A stretch of DNA of 64,000 nucleotides from an uncultured Candidatus Saccharibacteria bacterium (GCA_964552475.1 CAZKFZ010000006.1:27-64026), one strand, 5' to 3'; positions 41,188-49,895 are shown, counted from the first letter of the stretch. Numbers and translations: made by a program. The notes: a model not told the origin generated them from the letters alone.

Positions 41188-41262
41188 TGGTAGCGGGGGC
41201 AGGATTCGAACCTGCGACCTCCAGGTTATGAGCCTGACGAGCTGCCACTGCTCTACCCCGCG
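41188..41262 (-). tRNA. initiator tRNA-fMet (anticodon CAU)
   Basis: CGCGGGGTAGAGCAG...GCTCATAACC...GGTTCGAATCCTGCCCCCGCTACCA is collinear with E. coli tRNA-fMet. Positions 1:72 are mismatched (C:U). A11:U24 is present in the D-stem. CCA is encoded. Confidence 0.8.
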
Positions 41263-41339
41263 TTGTCGTCAGACAACGATACATTGACCGTTGAAATATT
41301 GGTGATACTTGGAAATTATAGCGCAAAAACTATAATTAT

Positions 41340-41856
41340 TCAACCCTTGCAGCTCCCCGACCCTTAAAAGTATCAGAAAAGAAAAGCAGTTGGCTGCTTC
41401 TGTTTTGAGGACTTGCCTGACGCTTCTTAAACTTGTTTAAGAAAGGAGTCCCGCAGAAACAGAAAAGGCAACTGGTTTTATGCTTCTATATACTTTTACG
41501 GTGTCGATAGCTTTGGTTCTTTGGCTTATCAAAGAACCGCTGTCTGCGTAGGACATAAAGTCTGTGCGAACAGCACAATAAGATAAAATTTAAATTAAAA
41601 AAGGTTTCGCTCTTTTAGGGAGCAATCTTCTTTTGTATGGTTAAACCCTTACATGGAAAACTAGATCCCGGATCTGGAGCGCTCCGCTTCCAGTCCGGGA
41701 TGACGGTGAGGGGTGTTGCTGCGGGACTCCTTCCGACTTCGTTCGGAGCGTTAGACAGTCCTCACATCTAGCAATGAGATGTATTCTATTCACGTTAGGG
41801 TAGCTCGATAGCCAGGGGGAATTAGCTTTATGATATTCGAGAGTTGAGGAGGAAAG
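41340..41856. ncRNA. structured non-coding element 1, bounded by nested imperfect inverted repeats (candidate novel ncRNA or MITE-like element)
   Basis: Outer inverted-repeat arm gaggacttgcctgacgct (41407-41424) pairs with agcgttagacagtcctc (41746-41762). Inner arm ggagtcccgcag (41445-41456) pairs with ctgcgggactcc (41718-41729). Internal hairpin ggttctttg...caaagaacc (41514-41538). No ORF. Confidence 0.45.
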
Positions 41857-41862
41857 ATTGTA

Positions 41863-42255
41863 TTAACCGCCAAACAAAAAGTCTCGCCATTGTTGCCAAT
41901 TGGACTTTTCGGCGTCTATTTCTTCTTGGGTTTTTAAATTAACAGCCTCGACCTGTACTGATTGTGTGCCAACACTATCTTTTTTGACAATTACCACCGA
42001 CTCACCAGGCTTTTGCATGCCCAAGTTTTCACGCGCTAACTTGTCTTGATAACTATCAGTACGATAATAAGTAATTTTGTAACCCAATTCTTCTATTTGG
42101 GATTGCATTTGGGCAATTTGAGCTTCTAGCTCTTCAGACTTAGAGCGCAACTGATAATTCTTGCCGGTTTCGTTGGTAAGAATTGCAAACATATACAAGA
42201 TGATGATGAGGCCTATCCAAAAGGCGGCTTTGGTAAAGTTGAAAACTTTTTTCAT
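41863..42255 (-). CDS. FtsB/DivIC-like septum-formation initiator (N-terminal TM plus coiled coil)
   Basis: 130 aa. TM AAFWIGLIIILYMFAIL, then a heptad-rich segment (EELEAQIAQMQSQIEELGYKI) typical of the FtsB/DivIC family. Confidence 0.5.
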   Translation of the reverse strand: MKKVFNFTKAAFWIGLIIILYMFAILTNETGKNYQLRSKSEELEAQIAQMQSQIEELGYKITYYRTDSYQDKLARENLGMQKPGESVVIVKKDSVGTQSVQVEAVNLKTQEEIDAEKSNWQQWRDFLFGG

Positions 42256-42432
42256 TAAACTACGCCTCTGGCTTCGCTTAATAGAAAAGATTGAAAATTA
42301 TGATGCATTTTTAATAAATGGCCTAAATAAGCGAAATGGAGATGCAGAGACTTTGTTGTACTATGAAGGATAAACGATTTATTTTTCATATGTTTATTTT
42401 ACCATAAGCTTTGATAATTATTAGTTGGAATT

Positions 42433-42952
42433 GAATTTACCACCTCCTCTCGACTCTCGAACTACATTCGGTCCTCTTCCGGCTATCGAACTACTAACTC
42501 CTGTACTTGCCCTCACTTCTCGGCTCTCGAGTATCAGAAAACTAAATACCAACAAGTGTTTATTGTTCGAGGACTTGTCTGAAGCTTAGCGAGTCCCGCA
42601 GAACAGAAAGCTTATTGGTATTGAGTGCTTCTAGATATGAGCCCGAGTCGTAAGTTTTTGTCTCATCTCAATGCTTATCAAAAAGTGAGTTGGCCCTAAA
42701 GGGCCGAAACCTTTTTATTTATCAAATAATAAATTATTTATTTTATGCACTTCCTGTGCAGGGGTTCTTTGTATGAGCAAAGAACCAAACTCACCAACTC
42801 GAACTCACAACTTTATGGATTGCTCTGAATTTTCTAAGATGAAGCTGCGGGACTCCTTCCGTCTTCGATCGGAGCGTCAGACAAGTCCTCGCTTCTATCT
42901 TTAGAAAATATCTTCACAATCTTTCAGGTTGCTCGAGAGTCGGGGAGGAGGA
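42433..42952. ncRNA. structured non-coding element 2, paralogous to element 1 (same nested inverted-repeat architecture)
   Basis: gaggacttgtctgaagct (42569-42586) pairs with agcgtcagacaagtcctc (42872-42889). gagtcccgcag (42591-42601) pairs with ctgcgggactcc (42844-42855). Outermost pair cctcctctcgactctcg (42445-42461) with cgagagtcggggaggagg (42933-42950). Hairpin ggttctttg-tatgag-caaagaacc (42763-42786). Confidence 0.45.
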
Positions 42953-42965
42953 AGGAAGGGACAAA

Positions 42966-44222
42966 TTAGTATTTAAAAGTGTGTTTGTGCGACGCACGCA
43001 ACGGCTTGTCTAGTTGAGTTGGCTTAGTAGCCAATCGCTCCAACCTGGTTTGTTTATGATTGTCTTCGCTCATTTGCCACAACACAATATTTACCTGGTC
43101 TTTATCAAGAGTCAGCTCTAGCCAACTCAGCTGATTAAGCGAGACATAAGTATTGGGTAAGCCCAGGTGAGCCTTGGTGGTATATATCATCTCTACCCCG
43201 CAGCCACTATTGGCAAAAAAGCCCTCACCAAAATCATTTATAACTGGGCGGTGAGTGTGGCCGGTAATAAGGCCGATGGTATTAGACTTGTTGATCTCGG
43301 ACTTAGCTTTGGTGCGGGCAGCTTCATTGTGACCTTCACCAGCATGACCACCAGGCATTGTCTTGGCCCGAGCAAGTATTTTGCGCGCAATAAGTGCAAT
43401 AGCTGTCAATATTACTGCAATACTGCTTATAACTACGAGACTGGTATAAATAATTATGCGAATTACTTCGTTGGCAGGCATACCATAATAAGCAAATGCA
43501 CCATAGCCAACTAACAATAGTAGACCAAAGATAATAACTAGCGGTACAATCAACCACCACAGACGATTGAATATTTCTCTATACATTAGTCGTGAGGCTA
43601 CAAACTTAGCAAACTTATGTGGCTCAGCCAGATGATTAATGCCATCTAGCATACTACCTTGAGTGGCTTGAGCCATAGGTAGAGCCTCTTGTACCAAGTA
43701 TTGACCAAAAGGCTTATCGTTGGGGTCGCGCGGGTCAGTAAATGCATTGTCGCTGTCTAGCATATGACCATGCTCAAATAAAATCGACCTTGTGGACTTA
43801 CCAGTTTTGATTTTTAATTGCAGCGAAAAACATATTTGCGCGTCAAACTTGTCTATTAGTATTTGTTGCTGAGTATTGTCCCAACCCAGTCTGCCGTCGT
43901 GATTACCAACTGTAAAAATAACTCCATGATGAGATTTTTGACCAAATTCTTGGAGAGCTTTGGTTAGTCTGGGGTGAGCCAATAAAGCCTTGGTGACACT
44001 AGGTTCTTTACCAGCCCACAACTCAAAGATATCACCATTGAGAACAATATTAGCCGACTTTAGCTTGGTCAGTTCGGCAATTCTTTGCCCTATCACTTTC
44101 TCAACATTATGACTAGCCTTGGTGGCCTGACCACTCAAATGGATATCACTAATAACCAAGACCGATGTTGGCAACGTAACATTGAGAGTGAGTTGGTCTT
44201 CAACTATGTTCTTTGATTGCAT
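42966..44222 (-). CDS. membrane-associated calcineurin-like metallophosphoesterase
   Basis: VLVISDIHL and GNHDGRL metallophosphoesterase motifs. Two to three TM helices in the middle (LWWLIVPLVIIFGLLLLVGYGAFAYY...). Confidence 0.6.
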   Translation of the reverse strand: MQSKNIVEDQLTLNVTLPTSVLVISDIHLSGQATKASHNVEKVIGQRIAELTKLKSANIVLNGDIFELWAGKEPSVTKALLAHPRLTKALQEFGQKSHHGVIFTVGNHDGRLGWDNTQQQILIDKFDAQICFSLQLKIKTGKSTRSILFEHGHMLDSDNAFTDPRDPNDKPFGQYLVQEALPMAQATQGSMLDGINHLAEPHKFAKFVASRLMYREIFNRLWWLIVPLVIIFGLLLLVGYGAFAYYGMPANEVIRIIIYTSLVVISSIAVILTAIALIARKILARAKTMPGGHAGEGHNEAARTKAKSEINKSNTIGLITGHTHRPVINDFGEGFFANSGCGVEMIYTTKAHLGLPNTYVSLNQLSWLELTLDKDQVNIVLWQMSEDNHKQTRLERLATKPTQLDKPLRASHKHTFKY

Positions 44223-44296
44223 ATCTAGTAATGTATCAGTTATAGGCCAATAAAAAAAGCTGTAAGGTTATTAATCTTGACTCTAGCGATTATTAA

Positions 44297-46243
44297 CTAG
44301 GCTTTTTTAGCAGCTTTTCTTAATCGTCTTCTTATTTCTTCAGAATTGAGAGCATAGACCGAGCCAAGTATTAGTAAGCCCGCCAAGCCACCGCTCGCTA
44401 GATTACCTCCAGCGTTAGCCAAAGATCCGCCGCCAGGTGTAGTAGGTATTGTAACTGTTGCAGAACACCCCCCAGTTGTTTGTCCAGAGCCCGTTACGGT
44501 GGCTGTATAAGTTGTCGTGGCGGTAGGCGCTACTTCTACCTCACCCCCACCTACTGGCGTAACTGTACCTATGTCTTGGTTTATAGACATACTTGTGGCA
44601 TTTGTAGATGTCCATGTAAGAAATGAGCTTTCACCACTAGTAATAGAGGCGGGGTCGGCTGTAAGTGTACAGCTAGGACTTGCCGGAGTATCATTGACAG
44701 TAATAGTCGTCGTACTAGAGCCCTCCCCTCCAGGGCCCGTCACCTTACATGTATACACTCGCGTAGCCGCCGGCGTCACCGTAACACTACCGCTGGCTAC
44801 TGGATTGACTGACACGTCAGTGCCTGCCGTTACAGTATCTATAGTAACATCTGTGGCATCTGTGGTTGTCCAGCCTAGGGCTGAACTACCGCCTGCACCA
44901 ATGGTGCTTGGGGTGGCTGTCAGCGTACAAGTAGGTGCCGGGGTATCGGTAACCGTAACAGTAACGGCATTACAGTCAGCTGTTCCACCAGGGCCCTCTA
45001 CAGTGCCAGAATAGGTAGTGGTAACGACAGGACTCACCGATGTACTACCACTAGCTACTGGATTAACTTCGCCTATGCCGTTGTCGAGTGTAAGTGTTGT
45101 GCCATCAGTGGTTGTCCAGCCAATCGACGAGCTCCCACCACTCGCAATAGTACTCGGTGTAGCCGTCAGCGTACAGGTAGGTGCGGTGATAAAACTAGTT
45201 TGATCAGTACTCCAAAATGGGCGGTAGCTATAACTTGATAGAGCACCACTATTGAGCACGCCCGGGCCACCATCGGCAGCGGGCACATTGGCCACCAACT
45301 GTATATTGCTACCATCGGCGTCCATGGTAACAAGCTCGGTCAAATTATTACTGGGGTTGAAGCGCACCGCAACTATTTGTGTTCCATCTGGAGAATAATA
45401 GCCACCTATATAGTCATTGTTGTCGTTGGTAATGGCTGTCGCAACACCACCAGGCGTTCTAGTGGTTGTCATTAATTGATCGCCTTGGCCTGATACCTTA
45501 CTATTACAATTAAATTGATCGTTACTTGTATAGAGTAATGTTTTTCCATCATTAGGGTGAATATCGTTGAGTCGGCAAACTAAGTCTTGTGTTGAAGCAT
45601 CTGTAGTAACATCTAGCGCCGTAACTTGGTTGGGCGTAGAAGCGTCAACGCGTCTTATATTATTTTGGTTGGCAATATACACATGTGCCCCACCGGGGCC
45701 CCATACAGGGTTTTGGCTATTAGTGCCGTTAATTTGATTGGTTAAGGTAATATTGTTGCTACCATCGGCATTCATCACATGTACTTCGCGTTCGCCACCA
45801 TTATTGGTAGTGTAGACTGCAAATGCTATTTTGGAGCCATCATTGTATACCGCTGGTTCTTGCATGCTTCTAGTACCGCTACCAGAAGGGCAGGTAATTT
45901 GAGTACCAGCTGGCGTAAGGGCATTGGTAACGCTAAACATACCCACGTTGCTTAGAGTACCAGAAGTACATTGGTTGGGATAATATATATCTGTTCCGGC
46001 CGGGTTATACACCGCCGCCCATTTGTTCGAACTGACAGTACTTGGTATATTGGTGTCTTTTATATCAGTGCCGTCGGCAAATATGGAGTAGTGAGTGCTT
46101 GGTGCGGCCCAAAGAATACGGCCATTTACGCCAGGAGTTTGAGCGCGTGCAACGCCAAAAGGTGTAAGCAAAAGCGTTACACCCACAATTGTAGAGATAC
46201 TTAATCTAAATAATTTCTTGATATGATTCTGTATTTTTTTCAC
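44297..46243 (-). CDS. secreted surface protein: TolB-like beta-propeller repeats plus three ~70-aa Ig-like repeats, C-terminal TM anchor with variant sorting-like motif
   Basis: Signal peptide. DGS/NADGSN repeats. Three repeats sharing TCTLTATPSTI.GGSS.LGWTTTD. C-terminal SLANAGG...LAGLLILGSVYAL plus RRRLRKAAKKA. Confidence 0.5.
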   Translation of the reverse strand: MKKIQNHIKKLFRLSISTIVGVTLLLTPFGVARAQTPGVNGRILWAAPSTHYSIFADGTDIKDTNIPSTVSSNKWAAVYNPAGTDIYYPNQCTSGTLSNVGMFSVTNALTPAGTQITCPSGSGTRSMQEPAVYNDGSKIAFAVYTTNNGGEREVHVMNADGSNNITLTNQINGTNSQNPVWGPGGAHVYIANQNNIRRVDASTPNQVTALDVTTDASTQDLVCRLNDIHPNDGKTLLYTSNDQFNCNSKVSGQGDQLMTTTRTPGGVATAITNDNNDYIGGYYSPDGTQIVAVRFNPSNNLTELVTMDADGSNIQLVANVPAADGGPGVLNSGALSSYSYRPFWSTDQTSFITAPTCTLTATPSTIASGGSSSIGWTTTDGTTLTLDNGIGEVNPVASGSTSVSPVVTTTYSGTVEGPGGTADCNAVTVTVTDTPAPTCTLTATPSTIGAGGSSALGWTTTDATDVTIDTVTAGTDVSVNPVASGSVTVTPAATRVYTCKVTGPGGEGSSTTTITVNDTPASPSCTLTADPASITSGESSFLTWTSTNATSMSINQDIGTVTPVGGGEVEVAPTATTTYTATVTGSGQTTGGCSATVTIPTTPGGGSLANAGGNLASGGLAGLLILGSVYALNSEEIRRRLRKAAKKA

Positions 46244-46361
46244 GGTTTATTTTTGGTTTTTCTTACACCTATGTGCTTATGTTTAATTCTACTCTACACA
46301 CTATCTGAACGTCAAGTGCTTTTGCATTGAAAAGCAAGCGTAACCTGTATACTATATAAGT

Positions 46362-47591
46362 ATGGACAAATATCGGTTATTCAATGACGACATGGCTCCT
46401 CTAAGCCACAACTTATCTTCGGGTGTTTCTAGATTTATAAAACCAATAGACGAAGATAGTGAGCAGATTGAGGGTTATTTTGTATCGCAAAGTGACACCA
46501 ATCAAGTACAGATGTCGCCACAAGCTATGGAAAAAATAGCCTTATATTTTGCTGAAGAACAAGATAATATCGACTATAGCCCTAGCGAAGCATCAGCCAG
46601 AACAATTGCGCTTCAGGCCAGATTACGTGAGTCGCGCAAATCAAATCGTCACTCTGCGGTGCCTAGCTACTTCTCCCCTCCATCGGCCACTACCACTCAC
46701 CACAATAGTGGCAAAAAAAGAACCAACACCGCCAAGGCTGATTTTTTGCGCGCCAAACGTACCCATACTGCCATGCAAGACGACTACCAGCTTGCAGCTA
46801 GCTCGGCAGAGGTGGACTTAATGGTGAGTATTCCTGGGCAAGTCTATACCCCCGGTAAGTCTGGCCACGAGCAACACCTGCAGCGGCGGGCTCAAGCTAG
46901 CTATCAGCGTACGCACGGCCATAAACGCCATGCCTATGTGCCCGATACTGACGAGCGAAACCTCATTAATAAACACATCAAAAACCCTCACGCCAAAACC
47001 ATCCTTACCGCCGTGGCCACACTGACCGGGCTGTACTTAATTTTTGGCCCAATGCTACCTGGCCTGCTCAAGGTATCATCATCTGTGGTAGGAACTGGCA
47101 ATAAAAATCATGCACAAGCTGACCAGTCTGAGTCTAAGGCCATTGCCCAAAGTGGCCTCACCCCACCGGCCGAGGCCCCCAAAGAGTTGGCGGTCAATCA
47201 GGTAGGTTGGCTCAACATACCAGTTATTGGCGTTGGCGCACCCATAGTAGAGGGTAAAGACGACAATGCTATGACTTATGGCATTTGGCACCGCCCCGGC
47301 ACCGGCACCCCTCTTACAGATAGCAACACGGTTTTGGCTGGTCATAGATATCAATATGTAAACGGTCCGCGCACCTTTTATTCGCTAGACAAAGTAAAGG
47401 TGGGTGATCCTGTAGAGGTAAAATGGGGTGAGCAGACTTTTCGTTACAAGGTAGTGCGCACCTTTGTGGTAGAAAAAGACAAGATGTATATTGAAGCTCC
47501 CACTACCGTGCCACTTTTAACTATCTATACCTGTACTCCGCTCTGGACGTCTACCAATCGCTTAGTAGTGCAAGCTACACCAATTACATAA
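46362..47591 (+). CDS. sortase (transpeptidase; class E-like by substrate motif) with ~210-aa cytoplasmic low-complexity N-terminal region
   Basis: C-terminal catalytic domain has His in VLAGHR, Cys in LLTIYTCTP (TLxTC) and Arg in TNRLVV. A TM helix (ILTAVATLTGLYLIFGPMLPGL) precedes it. Confidence 0.7.
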   Translation: MDKYRLFNDDMAPLSHNLSSGVSRFIKPIDEDSEQIEGYFVSQSDTNQVQMSPQAMEKIALYFAEEQDNIDYSPSEASARTIALQARLRESRKSNRHSAVPSYFSPPSATTTHHNSGKKRTNTAKADFLRAKRTHTAMQDDYQLAASSAEVDLMVSIPGQVYTPGKSGHEQHLQRRAQASYQRTHGHKRHAYVPDTDERNLINKHIKNPHAKTILTAVATLTGLYLIFGPMLPGLLKVSSSVVGTGNKNHAQADQSESKAIAQSGLTPPAEAPKELAVNQVGWLNIPVIGVGAPIVEGKDDNAMTYGIWHRPGTGTPLTDSNTVLAGHRYQYVNGPRTFYSLDKVKVGDPVEVKWGEQTFRYKVVRTFVVEKDKMYIEAPTTVPLLTIYTCTPLWTSTNRLVVQATPIT

Positions 47592-47603
47592 GATTTTTAG
47601 TTA

Positions 47604-47939
47604 ATGCAAGAACTCGACTCTAACCAGGCTAGGCCCAAAATACAAAAGTTTGTGCCGCACAAATCTCTACAAGAAATACGCGAACAAGAATCGCCTTATC
47701 ATAGCTATGTAGATTTTGAAGGCAGCGAGATAATATCGCCCAACCAAATGCAATTGGTCTCTCCAGACAAGCTCCCTGCAGGCAACGTAACACCTTCGGC
47801 TACTCAAACTGCATATTTACAGGCAAGGGTAAATCAAGCTCGCCGGTTGCACCCACCCGAGCCAGACCAAACAGTAGTAGACCCAGTGGGTGTTACCGCT
47901 CAAATTCAAGCCAAGATAGACGCTCAAAAGAAAAAATAA
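47604..47939 (+). CDS. hypothetical protein, probably co-transcribed with the sortase
   Basis: 111-aa ORF starting 13 nt after the sortase stop; no motif. Confidence 0.3.
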   Translation: MQELDSNQARPKIQKFVPHKSLQEIREQESPYHSYVDFEGSEIISPNQMQLVSPDKLPAGNVTPSATQTAYLQARVNQARRLHPPEPDQTVVDPVGVTAQIQAKIDAQKKK

Positions 47940-47986
47940 AAAGCGGCTTAATGTTATTTAAACCGCTTGAGTTTGCTATTTAGTAG

Positions 47987-48331
47987 TTACCACCTAGATG
48001 CTTGACGTTGCCTCTGGGCAATAATTTCGGGATGTCGACTTTCCATATGCACGGCCTGAGATCTTAGGTCGTCTTTTGCCAGCGATACCCCACAACCAGG
48101 TGCTGGGCAGGCAATAGTGCTGGGGTCTTGTTGTGTTACACTTTCTACCCTCTCGCCCAAAGCTTGTTTAATGAGCTCATGATCGCGAGTTGCAGTTGCG
48201 CTATGTCCTTCCCAGCATTGTAGTTTTACCACCGCTGGATCGTCGGTTTCTTCAATGCAAATATAGTTGCCGCCACAATTGCCACAATTGATTGGCCCAT
48301 ATGTGTAACCTTGCAAGACAGCCAAGGCCAT
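47987..48331 (-). CDS. Cys-rich hypothetical protein, GC-rich
   Basis: 114 aa with CGNCGGNYIC and CPAPGC. Confidence 0.3.
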   Translation of the reverse strand: MALAVLQGYTYGPINCGNCGGNYICIEETDDPAVVKLQCWEGHSATATRDHELIKQALGERVESVTQQDPSTIACPAPGCGVSLAKDDLRSQAVHMESRHPEIIAQRQRQASRW

Positions 48332-48561
48332 CTCCTTTGTCTAGTTACTATTACTTAAAGAATCATACTACTTCTCAAGACATTTACAAGCATAACAAAA
48401 AACAACTTTTAAGGTCTGTTATTAATATAGTGCGTCTGTCGGCTGATATTTGGAATCAAATCAAGAAAGACTTGGTTGAATTTTTGTAGTTGGTGGAGTA
48501 ACAGAGTATTAGTTACAATTGTGATTTATTTGAACTTGGTATTTAAAAAAGCATCTTAGGG

Positions 48562-49248
48562 CTATAGCGAACTTAAGTTTCCACGTTCGATAGTTCGGTT
48601 TGTGCCTTTGCGTTTTACGGCTCTCGCCACGCCCCAATGAATCAAGCTAGTTCTAACTTTTCCTACTGTGACAGCCTTGGATAATTCTTGATAAATTTGC
48701 TTTTTTGTATCTTCATCCCAGTCATCAAAATCGGCCGGTTTAGTGATAATTAATGTAGGTAAGAGCACTCTTGAATTATCTTCTTTTTGGCTTATACTAG
48801 TAACTTTTATTAAAGGGTTTGCAGGATAAATCATAGCTTCACCGCCAATTTTTAGTGTGCGTAGCATTTCACTTATTGCCTCAGAGCCTTTATCACGACC
48901 CAAGTAGTACATCATGTTGTGACTCACTATCCTATCAACGCTGTTGTTTTTAAAAGGCATGTGAGTGGCATCACCAGTAACTGCAGGCGCTACCCCTTCA
49001 GGATGAGAATTGTTATAGTCCCGGTCAAACCTTATTACTTTAGCCCTGTGATTAGTTAATGCCTCTATTTCGTCTGCCATTGTTTCATCACCTGCGCCAA
49101 CATCTAGAATTATCTCTTCATCTATACCAAATCCTTCGCCAAACACTCTTTTATAAGACTCTAGATTACGAGCAGAACGAATAACACTCTTGTCTTTATC
49201 TTTACCACTAACTATTTTCTCAGGAAGACTAGGACCAGTTTCTATCAT
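48562..49248 (-). CDS. class I SAM-dependent methyltransferase
   Basis: ILDVGAGDE motif I (GxGxG-type) followed by an acidic motif II region. Confidence 0.6.
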   Translation of the reverse strand: MIETGPSLPEKIVSGKDKDKSVIRSARNLESYKRVFGEGFGIDEEIILDVGAGDETMADEIEALTNHRAKVIRFDRDYNNSHPEGVAPAVTGDATHMPFKNNSVDRIVSHNMMYYLGRDKGSEAISEMLRTLKIGGEAMIYPANPLIKVTSISQKEDNSRVLLPTLIITKPADFDDWDEDTKKQIYQELSKAVTVGKVRTSLIHWGVARAVKRKGTNRTIERGNLSSL

Positions 49249-49262
49249 GTATAAAGTATATC

Positions 49263-49290
49263 AAAAAAGACCTTTTAAGGTCTTTTTAAT
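49263..49290. terminator. bidirectional hairpin terminator downstream of the tRNA at 49297
   Basis: aaaaaagacc-tttt-aaggtcttttt: the palindrome is flanked by an A-run and a T-run. Confidence 0.55.
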
Positions 49291-49296
49291 AATTTC

Positions 49297-49372
49297 TGGT
49301 GGGCCTGGTAGGAATTGAACCTACGACCAATCGGTTATGAGCCGACTGCTCTAACCACTGAGCTACAGGCCC
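49297..49372 (-). tRNA. tRNA with anticodon CAU, most similar to tRNA-Ile2 (lysidine-modified)
   Basis: GGGCCTGTAGCTCAGTGGTTAGAGCAG...CTCATAA...TTGGTCGTAGGTTCAATTCC. The D-arm and variable/T-arm closely resemble E. coli ileX. G1-C72 is paired, so it is not an initiator. Confidence 0.55.
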
Positions 49373-49483
49373 TGGTCGTTAGCAAAGCAATAATCACTCC
49401 TCTAACCTGATAATAATAACGTATTTTTTTCTATAACGCAAAAAGCGCCATGTGAGGCGCTTTTGCGATTTGAATAAAAAAAC

Positions 49484-49687
49484 TTACTTGTTGCTTTTTT
49501 TCAAAATAGGCAGGCCAGTTCGAGTGTTTTCAATCACTTCGTAACCTTCTGGTAGTGCATCAATTGCACCTTCTTTGGCTTCGCGACCGAAGAAGTAAAT
49601 AACTTGCTTTCGTCCACCTTTAAGTGTAACTTCGCGTTCGTGTAAATAATATGTTTGACCTTTTGAGTTTACTTGTGTAAATGCCAT
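49484..49687 (-). CDS. small hypothetical protein (67 aa)
   Basis: ATG at 49687 with a strong GAGGAGG Shine-Dalgarno 8 nt upstream. The tracked ORF's longer N-terminal extension lacks an RBS. Confidence 0.45.
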   Translation of the reverse strand: MAFTQVNSKGQTYYLHEREVTLKGGRKQVIYFFGREAKEGAIDALPEGYEVIENTRTGLPILKKSNK

Positions 49688-49865
49688 AAAATGGTTCCTC
49701 CTCTTAATGTTACTTCTGTACTCTAGGTTACGAAACCTAAAATTCATTGTCAAGAGCCTCAACCAGATTTTATTAAGCCAACAGGTTAGAACAGTAGGAA
49801 TAATACTTGTGTTAATAGCAAGACTTAAGTTTATATACCAGTAAAAATGATTGCCTTAAAAGTGC

Positions 49866-49895
49866 TTGACATGTTCGTATGCTGTTCGTTATACT
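49866..49895 (+). promoter_or_regulatory. lexA promoter (-35 TTGACA, -10 TATACT) with an embedded GTTC-N7-GTTC direct repeat, a candidate LexA operator
   Basis: TTGACA at 49866-49871. GTTCgtatgctGTTC at 49873-49887. TATACT at 49890-49895. GGAGGG Shine-Dalgarno before the ATG at 49927. Confidence 0.4.

Noticed and set aside
41340-42952. RNase P RNA, tmRNA, SRP RNA or group II intron identity for the two structured elements
   Set aside because: No P4 consensus (AGGAAAGUCCGGGCUCC / ACAGAANCCGGCUUA) on either strand. No T-loop or tRNA-like 3' end. No GGAA-tetraloop domain IV context. No domain V or GUGYG. Similarity to these is confined to short GGAAGGAG-type strings that are part of the inverted repeats.
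47940-47990. Hairpin aagcgg...ccgctt after the sortase operon as a terminator
   Set aside because: Only a 6-bp stem with a 16-nt loop and no clear U-run; too weak to call.
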